From positions 1,179,803 through 1,243,802 of the forward strand of contig ML996687.1 of assembly GCA_010356995.1 (NCBI GenBank): a stretch of 64,000 bases of DNA. The letters run 5' to 3'. How positions within the stretch are numbered: the stretch's first letter is position 1; the number at the start of each line of letters is the position of its first letter. Position numbers and translations under genes: made by a program. The DNA is from Trichodelitschia bisporula. Taxonomy: Eukaryota. Below, piece by piece: positions 37,901 to 48,318 of this stretch. A model generated the notes under the pieces. It worked only from the letters and a program-made list of their open reading frames with translations. It was not told the DNA's origin and did not search any database.

Positions 37901-38848
37901 CAACCTGCACCTATACAACGCACACCCTAAACTCTGTAAGCTCTTTCAACCTATGCCCGATCACCGAACGACATTGTCAAGTCGCCAAGAGTCGATTTTG
38001 AGGCTCATCCTCCACCGTTTCTCTGAGATACCTACCCGGCAGAAAAGCTTCCGGGCCGTTCTCCCACGACAGGCATTGCCTCTCCCACTACGCCTCTTGT
38101 GCATTGCGAACGACCTTGGGAAGACATGGGGATAGCTGACAATCTAGCACTCTCCTCTATCACGCTCTTCAGCCGTATACACTGCCCGTTTCGGAGGCCT
38201 CACACCTCCAGCGGCTGAGCTCAAGCTCATAACCACAACATGCTCACGCACTTCTACCTCACAATGCTGGAATCGAGGCATAAAGCCAATGGATTGCACA
38301 ACGTCGGATAGAACACTGGCAAAGGATGTGAGCCTCCTCGCCCCGCGGAAGCCTTACTGGATATTTTCCAGAGCGTCTACCTCTGGCAGTCGCAAGTACA
38401 AGGCACCAGAGCCCGAAATGCTAACCGTGAGAGCAGAAAGCTCATCTCTTTAGTGGGTGGAAATCGCCGGTTTTTCAGCCTTGTCTTCCACCGATCGAAA
38501 TGTCCAACGCAGCGCACTCGGCCGCTGTAGTCCTTCGCATTCGCAAGCACGCTACGTTCGATACTCAGCTGCACCCTTGATCGTCTGTTAGCTACCTTAC
38601 AGGCCATCACCTTTGCTGGGAACGTCTCCAACTCCGAAGCTTTTGGAGTGCGTCTTCGGAGAGTGGAGCTTTGGCACGATGCTTCACGCAGGGCTTACAA
38701 GTCGCAACGGCACGCACAAGTCAAGGACAATGGACATAATATTTCTAGCTAAACAGAGACTATCTTCTCTCAAGTACTCTACTGCTACCGGGCGACAGCT
38801 ATATCCTCCGCTCGCCACGGCCTAGCCTTTGCTAGGACGCTTCTGGTC

Positions 38849-39015
38849 GCCCTCTGGGCTCCAGAGACCTCCTTGTAGTGGCGGCCGCGCTTCGGAATCA
38901 CGAAGGCTTTGGTTCGGCCACCACGCTCAAGGAGAAAGGCGCGATCTTCCCCGGTCAGGGGACGAATGAAGGGTTCCACGTAATTATGAAACGTCTGCGT
39001 ATTGACTTGGTTCGT
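38849..39015 (-). pseudogene. Fragment resembling SAGA/ADA subunit Ada3 (Ngg1)
   Basis: Translates TNQVNTQTFHNYVEPFIRPLTGEDRAFLLERGGRTKAFVIPKRGRHYKEV, matching the fungal Ngg1 block as I recall it (NQV..NTF..Y.EPY.RPL.EED.AFL.E.GDR..PF..P.RG..HY.E.W). No other Ada3 sequence recognised nearby. Confidence 0.7.
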
Positions 39016-40847
39016 CGACGCCGATGAGTCCGTCGCGAACTTCTGCGGAGGTCGACCGTCCAGTTGGAGTTGAATTGCGCCTGGCCATAAGCTTGGCGAG
39101 AATGGCGTAGAGTCCGTCTTTGGTCAAGGGTGAGCGGCAGCGGCAGCAGCCGCTTTCTGTTCCCACTGAGCCTTGCGGGGACGCTGACCGTCCGTCATAA
39201 CCACAACACCTGTGCCAGCAGCATCTTGCTCTGCCTGGAATAGGGCTGTCTGCCGCTTCTTGCGAGCGCGGCACTTTTGAGCCTTCGTGAGCTCTTTCAG
39301 GGCGTTGTCAACCGCGTCTGCGTCGGGAGGACATCATTCATGTCTGACATGTTAGAACTACCCCAGCTAAAAATTCGCTGCGATACTTACCGTTTTGGAA
39401 ATATATATGACAATGCCGTAGCTACGGATGTGTATAGGTTTCCTGGCCGGAATTGGCGTCTTATACTTGACTGCCTTGTATAGCTTTCAATATATGCACT
39501 TAAAAGTTCGAGGTGAAAGAGGATTGCTGGAGAGTAAGACTACTGGGGACTGAGATGTGGCAGGTGATGTTGCAGATGACTATACAGGAGGCAGCCGGTT
39601 GCTAAAGCGGACCAAAGAGTGAGTATCATAATATCAGGCGCTTGCTGCGCACCGAGTGAATGTATATGGCGACCAATAACTGGTGTCGAGAGCGAGCGAT
39701 GGGATTCTGAATCTTCGAAGGCGGCGAAGGAGGAGCCTGCGGGAGTTTGACCGGCGGGTCGACCCCCGGATGTGGTCTCCGTAAAGAAGGGTTCCGTACG
39801 GTCATATGTCATGAAGTGTATGGCCGTGCAGGCTCAGAGTCTCCTGTCCAGTGACAAGACTAACAACATTGTTCGGGTTATCAGCCTTCTCATAAGTGGC
39901 GCACTTCAGTCGGTCAATTGCTTCAAGGAATCGCAGGAGGCGGCACTGCAGAACAAGCTGCCGTTCCTAAAGCCGAATCTTCCGCAGGAACTCGCCAGTA
40001 TAGTGTCCAACTTTTTCGATCTGGTGTGCGTCTGGGCTTTACACTGGGTAACCGTATTGTCCTTGCGTGCAAGGTATGTTTGTAGTTCTGATGATGAGGT
40101 TATAGCAGGTGGTGGCGGAGGGTTGTATGGACGTCCGGGCACGGTCAGTCAGGAAGCACATGCCTCGAGGCGGGGAGGCATCCAGTTATATACCCGACTG
40201 GGTGGTACCATAGACGCTATTCACGGTCTGGCTGATATAGACGGTCACATCTTGAACCTCCGCTTCCTTCATGCGCACGACGAGCATCCTCACAAAGATA
40301 ATGCTCGTCGTCGATGGAGTTGCGGGCCATTTACTTGAACTCGGCGCGCGTGGTATGTCGATCGCGGCGCTTGACGGACTTAGACTTCTTGAAGAAGGCT
40401 TTGGTAGCCTTCTTCTTCGGAAGAGGAGCGACAGTGGTGACTGTCATCGTCGAGGTCTTCTCGTCCACTTCCGCCGTCTTCGGGACCATCATGAAATGCT
40501 TCTTGTCGTGGAAGCCCTCTCGCGTGTTTGTCGGGGTCTTCCCAGGTGTCGTTGGGGTGCTATTTGCCAGTGTTGTGGAGAGCGTTGTTGATGGGGTGTT
40601 TGTTGGCAGACCCTAACCGTATGCATCCCCCACTGCAGTATATAAGCAACAAGATAAGGCGAAAGAGCACCCTAAAGTCTGCAAAAAAAGATGTTGTAGA
40701 CACTGCAAGGTGTTAGCGAGTCCACATATAGTTAAATGGTGATGTCTAACAAACCGTACCGGAGGATGCTGACAGCGGCTTCGGCCGAATGAGGCGCATT
40801 GTATATATGTGATCGTAAGCGCGCGACAAAGTATATGTACTACCTTG

Positions 40848-41062
40848 TATAAGTCGGTGATGTCACGGAACAGCAGTGGAGGGTGGTGGTTGCGATGTAT
40901 GCTTGCTTCGATGGCTCGATCTCTGCGCTGAAGACGTGCTCGACGTTGAGGCCTGCATTATATAACGTCGGTGATGTCACGGAACAGCAGCGGAGGCAGG
41001 AAGCTGCACTGGATATATGCTTGCTTCTACAGGTCGATCGCTATGCTGAAGACGTGTTCGAC
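40848..41062. repeat. Diverged ~100-bp direct repeat (40848-40944, 40961-41062)
   Basis: Shared blocks GTCGGTGATGTCACGGAACAGCAG, TATGCTTGCTTC and GCTGAAGACGTG.TCGAC. Confidence 0.9.
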
Positions 41063-42489
41063 AACCAGAAGCTGCCTCCAGTGGCCAACCCGCCCACGCA
41101 CAGCGTCTGTAGCGCCGAGACGTATGTGTCACGACCTGAGCTGATGTTTATACTGATATTTATCCAGAGCTAATCTTATGTTAGCGTATAAGTCAAGATA
41201 AAATCGCACATGCCAACTTGCACTGCTGAACCAGAAGGAGAGCAAGGAGCGGACTCTCAGTCCCAAAATATAGCAGTGACGCGAAATGGCTTGCCATTGA
41301 AGCGCTGCAGGGCATCGCCAAATATAAGGTCCATCAAACTCCGCGATAGCCGGACGGAGCCATCGTCTTCGAGGACAAGTTGCTTGCGGTTCCCCAAAGC
41401 TGTGATGGGAAGGAAATGTGTGGGAGGGAATTCAGCCTCGCAGCCCCCGACGCCACAGACAATGGGCAAGGGTGCATTGCCCAGAAACTTGATGTGTAGA
41501 TTCATCTGGTAGTATATAACCCGGCTCGGGATATATTGGTGGAGTAGTAGCAAGCAGTGAAAATAAGATGATGCGCAGTGATGATGATCGACGTTTTGAG
41601 TGGTGTCGAGGAATCAGGGGGAGAAGTGGATTTGGAGATGGAGAATGGAATTTACCAACAGAGAAAGGTGATTTCGCGTGGCCCGTGCCCTGGACATTCA
41701 CGGACGCTAGCGAGAATGCTAGCGTCCTTTGAAACACGAAGTTTTTCCGGGTTCCTGATATGCCTCTGAGAGTCCAAAGAGGCAGGTGCGGGGGAAAGAT
41801 AGTTATTCCGGTAGGCCACTGTTAGCGGTGAGCTTTGACATTGACGGCAACTGCTACATACAGAGTATGGACGATGGTAACAGTTGACTAGGGAACTGGC
41901 AGTCACTGGGATTCATCGGTGAGCTTGCGACGAATTCTTGAGTCTTGATTCCCTCGAGAGAGTAATAGACGGCCGTATTCTTAGTTGCGATCATTGCTCT
42001 ATCAAGTCTTATCACCTCAGTCTTAATGATCGAAGGGACCATGGGTATTGAGTTACTCTAGCGCTCTGCTCCACCATCCTTCTCACTCCCATCACATGCA
42101 AGCCCAGGTGGACAGTCTCAGCCTTGCCCGCCCAGCCTCATGTGAAACTGACGTCATAACCAGCAACTCCACACAAACCTCACTTTACATCACAGCATCC
42201 CAAAGTACACATCATGCATACCTATATACCGCTCAAGTACCACGTGAACACAGAAAAGCATAAAATCCACATATGCACCGACAACAGTCCCAGTGGCCAC
42301 CCAGCCGAACCGTGAATACTCTAAGTCTACCCACCCATGCCCCGAGCCGATAGCACCTTGTAAACCAGAGTAGCATCACAAAGAGGAACTTCGCATAACA
42401 ACCCACCGCCTCTGTTTCATAAACATAGACGCAGACACCATATCCCTCTATCCCTCTACCTCCCCTCTTCCCATTAGCACTTGTAGCCC

Positions 42490-44160
42490 CTACTCAACAA
42501 ACTCAACATGCACACTCCCATTCTTCAGACCCGCCGCCGTAATCGTCGAGTCTACATCACCAATGAGATTGCGTCCCATGAAGACAAGCTCGAATGGCCG
42601 ACCCCGATCCTCCTCCGCAACAACATCCGGCACTGGCCCCGCCTTGAGCCACTCGTAAAGGCGACCGACCTGGTCTTCGACGTTGAACCGACGCACGACG
42701 CGACCCCTAGCAAAGCGAAACTGGATCCGCGTTGTCGTAGCAGGGTCCTGGAGCGGCTCTATGTGCGGGTGATTTGTAGGGATCTGGGCGAATGCACCCA
42801 GCGCCGCACCGCCCTCCTCGCTATCACCGCCGAGGTCCATCAGATCTTCTTCATCGTCCACGACAGCTGCTTTGCCCTTCCCCTTGTCAAGGGTGTCGCT
42901 CCTCGTCAGCGCATCCGGGTCCGTCAGTGCTGGCGGCGTGCCTCCTTGGCCACCCGCAGCGGCGAGGCTGTTCTGGAGAGCCATCTCAAGCATCTCCTCC
43001 TCCGTCATACGGGCGATATCCATTTGTGGCGCACGCTCGGGCTTGCGCTTGGCGACGGGGTTGCGCGCGCCGGCGGCCATGCTGTACCGATCGAGAAAGT
43101 CGTACAACTCGGTCAGAAACTCAGTCGCTTTCGGCACGGGAGCCCCACTCCAAACCTTGAGCTGCTCACCCGTGCGCGGGTCAACGATGGCAATGTGAGG
43201 ATACGCGTCGGAGTTGTCGCGCGCAGCACCGAGGTAGTACTGGGTGTATGCATCTTCAAGGGACGGCGCCGCACCATCGCGAGGCCGAGCGTACTGAAGA
43301 AAGATGAAATGCTCGCGGATTGTCTCCTTGATCTGCGGGTCCTTCCAAAGATCGCGATTTAGCACCTGGCAGTCGAACACGGCGGGATCTTGCACGTTGA
43401 CTAGCAGCCACTTGTGCTTCTCACGTCCGTGTTCGCGAGCCTGGTCCCACGGCAGGCGGCTGATAATCTCAAAAGGCGGACGGAACATCTCAGCGAGGGA
43501 GTGTGCCTTGTCGCTGCGACGTGAGGCGCCGCCTGTGGCACGCGCAAGATTGTTGTCGAGATCTTCCGGTTCTGCGTCAGGATCTTCCCAGATGCGGGAC
43601 TGGACGTCCCGTTGGTGAAAAATACCAGGCGGAGCCATGCCAGACACTGCGACGTTAGTATAGCTTAAGTAAGCACGTGAAGGATGCTCACTCCCAGGTG
43701 TCGCCCGCTGCCGGCTTCGCCGCTGCGCAATGACTTGATCTATATCATCATCATCCCAGCCACTCGCGGCAGGCCCAACCAGTGTTTCCGTTGTTCTAGC
43801 CATAGGCGCCCTCACGGTATCTTCATCCCGCTGTGCGGTGGCGTACATCTCCTCTTGCAGCCGCCGGGCAATCTCCTCGTCACCCGCGGGGTGGTAACCA
43901 AGGTTGCGGTCATGTTCATCGCTCTCGTCATCGGAGTCGATGTGCACGACGCCGGACGCGTCCTCGGTGTAGCTAGGGCCTGTGGTGCTAGGCTGAGGGT
44001 GAGAAGACGAGGAGGCAGGCTCTTCTGTAGCGAGGCTCGGATCTTCGAAGAACAGCTGAATGGCTTGTTCGAGGTTGTTGTCCGTCAGTCGCAGAAACTG
44101 GGTTGCTTGAGAGGGCAACGCCCCCGTGATGCTGGTAAAGTTTGCTATGAGATCGTCCAT
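42490..44160 (-). CDS. UBX5: UBA-UAS-UIM-UBX Cdc48 adaptor Ubx5/UBXN7 (~541 aa)
   Basis: N-terminal UBA-like NNLEQAIQLFF; UAS LAEMFRPPF..KWLLVNVQDPAVFDCQVLNRDLW; UIM MTEEEMLEMALQNSL; UBX TTRIQFRF..GLKNG. Probable 45-nt intron 43647-43691. Confidence 0.9.
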   Translation of the reverse strand: MDDLIANFTSITGALPSQATQFLRLTDNNLEQAIQLFFEDPSLATEEPASSSSHPQPSTTGPSYTEDASGVVHIDSDDESDEHDRNLGYHPAGDEEIARRLQEEMYATAQRDEDTVRAPMARTTETLVGPAASGWDDDDIDQVIAQRRSRQRATPGSEHPSRAYLSYTNVAVSGMAPPGIFHQRDVQSRIWEDPDAEPEDLDNNLARATGGASRRSDKAHSLAEMFRPPFEIISRLPWDQAREHGREKHKWLLVNVQDPAVFDCQVLNRDLWKDPQIKETIREHFIFLQYARPRDGAAPSLEDAYTQYYLGAARDNSDAYPHIAIVDPRTGEQLKVWSGAPVPKATEFLTELYDFLDRYSMAAGARNPVAKRKPERAPQMDIARMTEEEMLEMALQNSLAAAGGQGGTPPALTDPDALTRSDTLDKGKGKAAVVDDEEDLMDLGGDSEEGGAALGAFAQIPTNHPHIEPLQDPATTTRIQFRFARGRVVRRFNVEDQVGRLYEWLKAGPVPDVVAEEDRGRPFELVFMGRNLIGDVDSTITAAGLKNGSVHVEFVE

Positions 44161-44826
44161 GGTGACGGGAGGCAAGTTTGGCAGACGGATGCCGTGCCGC
44201 CTAGCAGCTGACTATCGATGCTCGCGGTGGATCCTTGCGAAGGAGGGTGGCGGAAGAGCGGCGGGTGAAAGCTTGATGAAAGTATGCAGCAAAAGTAGCT
44301 ACTGGGCGGGGTAGTGGGGTGCTTGCCCTGCTGGGACCGACAAAGGAAACAGCAAACAAGGTGTAGCAGAGGGATCAGTAGTTTGAGGAAAATAGGATCA
44401 CAGCAGCCGATACATGTGAAGGAAGAAGATGTTAACGTGGTGAACAGTTTTGGGGGTTGAACGGGTTGCAGGTTGACAAGAAGTTGTAGTGGAGGGAAGC
44501 TGCGTCACGTAGTCGCCTGCTCACAGCACGGGCCTCCGCCCCGGTCGCTAAGAAATAACCCCCCCTATGGTGTCCAGCGCCACCACAACTATGAGCACCA
44601 GCCACAAGCTTCAGCCCACAACTTATCAAACACAAGCATCTAAATTCAGCCTTGGGCTGCCTCGTTACCGCTCTCCTTCATTCACGACTGAGGATCAAGC
44701 CTAGAGGCTTCGTTTTCATTAGACTAGAGATAGGACACTGCCTATCCATCCCACGTATGCTACAGGTTCCAGACGGCATCATAATCATGTACACATTACT
44801 CCTGTTTACCAGTTGTCCCGAGCGCC

Positions 44827-46963
44827 TCATGCAATATTTCCCGCCAGGCCGATAAACAGAGCTTGCGCAGCCAACTGAATCGTCCAAATGCCTACCTTTT
44901 TGAATCGCCGCCGCCGCAGCTGGTCGTCGTCCAACACGTCGCGCGCAAAGGCCTCGTATACCTGCTGTCGTTAAAATCAAGACTCAGGAAGCGGATGAGG
45001 AAGCACACACCTCGCGTGACAAATCGTCCATTAACCCCGAATCATAAACCGTCCAGCTACCGTCAAACTCGCTGCGCTGCTTCACCACGCGGCATTGAAT
45101 CGGAATGAATGCGCGTCGGGAGTTGATGTAAGCGACTATGGGCCGGATGAGCGCGTTGTTGATGTATGATATGTCCTTCGTGAACAGCGGTACCGTGGCG
45201 CGCACGTCATTTAGGTGCACGCGAAGATCCATAATCATGAAGCGATCATCATCTTCTGAGGTGACCGGTATATGCGAGTCCTGGTCCGGGTATGCATCTT
45301 CCAAAATGGCCTCCTTCCCATCTCCATTCTTTGGACCAGAAGTGACTGTGGCTTCCATGCGGTCATAAAAGTCAGACATGACCTTTGCAATGCTACCGCC
45401 ATCATCGGCTGGTAACCGTACGTCGGAAACAATGTCGACGTTACCCTCGTGGATCCACGAGAACGGCCCCTCGGCGCCGCGGTTTAAGTGCTCAATGTTG
45501 AGACCGTCGATGCGGATGCGGCTATGCTTTTTCCACAGCAGAGTGTCGTCCGGCGCGACATCTTCGTAGTGGTGCGACTGCCGCGGGTGGATGGTGAAAA
45601 GAGAATTGTCAAAAGAACCGGAGATGTGGTTTGCTGACATGAAATCGTAGAAGAGCCACTGCTTGCGCAGCTGCGGTAGGTCGCAGGAGAATATGCTGAC
45701 CGGGAACGGCCTGAAGTTGTTCGGCTGGTACACTGTGACTAGCAAGTCCTCCATCTTGAACGAGTCGAGCTCGAAGTCGCCTGGAGAGTGCTCGTGCCTG
45801 TAAGTCCGAGGGTCGATGTACTCCTCAGGAGGCTTGAGATGTGTACGATCGATGACTCCCCGGATGCCCTTCACCTCGACATCCTGCAACAGTCCCTTGC
45901 CATTGAACCATTTGGCGAATGACAGCGTGACGTTGACTGTGTTGATGGAAACATCAAACTGCGTGTAGTTGCCATCGTCCTCAACATGCGTGTCCTTTTC
46001 AACATGTACAGCTGCCGCCGCCTCGGCTTGTGAGCCCTTGACAACCTTGGCCTTTCCACCTGGCCGGCGTGATACGAACACATTGCGGAAGGATATGACG
46101 CCGTCCCCCCACTTGGGCACAATAGCCGACTCAAAAATGACATGCACGCCGGAGGAGGCCGTCAAGTGATTACCGATCCACTTTGCGAGGGTTTCCTGGG
46201 CGAAGACGGTATTTACGATGAGGATGCAGAGCGAGAAAAAGGTTGTCGTGCCCACGATGATCCAAATCACATGTCCAACCAGTATCCACGAGAAAAAGGC
46301 GCTGACATCGTCCACATTGAAGGGCCGGAAGCTCTTGATAGAGAACCACTTGAAGTGGATGTGGAAGCGCGCCCATGCTCCTGTAGCCGCCGCGAGCAGT
46401 TCGTCCTTTGTGGGGCGATGCAGATGCGGGAGCCGCTCAAGTAGTGATGGGTGGGGTTCGGATTTGGGTGCAGTCTTGGTTTGGGCAGGCGGTGATAGCA
46501 CGGCCCTGGGCGCCGCGGTCTGTGATGGCTTAGATGAAGCAGGCTGTGAGGCCTTCGAGCCTCCGCCATTATTGGAGCCTTTGCCATTGCCGTTGTTCCT
46601 GCCGGCACCATCGCCTCCACTGACCGAACTCTTGTTCCGTTTGGCATTTGCGCTAGAGCGTCGCTTAGGCTTGTTGTGCGCATGCCGCTTCCATGCTACC
46701 GCCGCGCATTCCATGACGCGGGGTTGCGGGGTTATGTGGTGTTGCAGAAGGGAGAGGGTGGGATGCGAGAGGAGACGAATCTGGGGGGCTCTATGTTGCG
46801 CAGAATGAGGCGTAGAATGCAGATAATGGCGCGATATAGGTGCCTTTGTGGTAGAAGAAGGGCCAATGGTTGATCGCAATAGGATTGTGTTGCTGGCCGG
46901 TTGCTCACCGCGCACCGCTAGCCATGGTCTCGCGCTGGCCCTAAAGCCTACATGACGAAACAT
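44827..46963 (-). CDS. MDM31: Mitochondrial distribution and morphology protein Mdm31 (~695 aa)
   Basis: RPFNVDDVSAFFSW, VNTVFAQE, FESAIVPKW, LPQLRKQWLFYDF, NNALIRPIVAYIN. Intron 44962-45010 adds the C-terminal exon VYEAF..FKKVGIW. Confidence 0.92.
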
Positions 46964-47295
46964 TATCCGTGGAATAGTTGCGACATGGTGGTCCTCCTGC
47001 TGGAGTGCAAGAGCAGAAGAGTACGCGTGAGTGTGTGTTTGCGGGAGAAGGAGGTAGGGGGAGAGCAGTTGAGGAACAGGAGTAGGCGACTTGGACGAAG
47101 AAGCAGAGACAGGCTTCAAAGCTTCCCACCTCTGGTCGGGGATAATGACGACAATTTTTCCGCATTGCGAGCCTTAGTTTAATATGTATGCCTGAGCCGA
47201 AGTATCGCCGGAGCCCTAGCGGAATTTTTGCAACACCAAGGGAATTTACATCTCCACTTTCCCGCTGTCACCATCTCCCACACCACCCAACAACA

Positions 47296-48107
47296 ATGCC
47301 TGCACCCACAGCCCTGCGGAAGCCCGACGACCTCGTCGAGGAGGCCATGGAGGATGCTCCTCGTGAGTTTTTTTTTCTTGTATTAACTCTGCTAATATTC
47401 CCCTAGAAGAAGAGCAAGATGGCGGCGTTCTGCTCGACCCCACCACCCCCGCCCCCACCACCACGACCGACACACTCATGGCTACCGACGCCTCGGAGCC
47501 ACAAATCACACCCGATGGCCGCCCACATTTCGCACCTGCTCAGGAAGTGCGCACAATCTTCCACGTCGAGACCCGTAAAGTCCTGATCCCGCCGCACCGC
47601 TTTGCGCCCCTCAAGAACAACTGGAGCAAGATCTACTCGCCGCTGGTGGAGCACCTGAAGCTGCAGGTGCGCATGAACGTAAAGTCACGGGCGGTAGAGA
47701 TGCGCACGTCCAAGGCGACTACGGATCCCGGTGCGCTGCAGAAGGGTGAAGACTTCGTCAAGGCGTTCAGCCTGGGCTTCGACGTGGATGATGCGATCGC
47801 GCTGCTGCGGTTGGACGATCTGTACATTGAAACGTTTGAGGTCAAGGATGTGAAGACTTTGACCGGCGACCACTTGAGCCGCGCGATTGGGCGGATTGCG
47901 GGCAAGGATGGCAAGACCAAGTTCGCAATCGAGAATGCGAGCAAGACGCGCGTAGTGCTGGCAGACAGCAAGATCCACATTCTCGGCGGCTTTCAGAACA
48001 TCCATGTTGCTCGCGAGAGCATCGTGTCGCTCATCCTGGGTGCGCCGCCCGGCAAGGTTTACAACAGCTTGCGGACTGTGTCGGCGCGCATGAAGGAGCG
48101 GTTTTAA
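47296..48107 (+). CDS. PNO1: Pre-rRNA processing KH-domain protein Pno1/Dim2 (~255 aa)
   Basis: IPPHRFAPLKNNW, GDHLSRAIGRIAGKDGKTKFAIEN, PPGKVY..RMKERF. Intron 47363-47406. Confidence 0.96.
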
Positions 48108-48318
48108 GGTCGGACTTCAAGGCGTTTGGGCATACCTGGACTGGCGAAAGGGCGCTCGGTTGTTTACGAAACGAAAATGGATGGGGCTACGGCATCTTTG
48201 AGGGCAGTGGGATGAGGACTTCCTGTTCACGATCATAGATGAATGAATCCATGGCGTTAATTTTCAACGGTGATAAGAACCAGCACTTGGATGATGTACC
48301 GAGTTAACTTCCCTTCAC

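Noticed and set aside
40610..40618. ACCCTAACC as the template of a telomerase RNA linked to TERT (also at 4238-4246; TTAGGGTT near 3204)
   Set aside because: About three such 9-mers are expected by chance in 64 kb on two strands, and I see no pseudoknot or three-way-junction support. A fungal TER covariance-model search would settle it.
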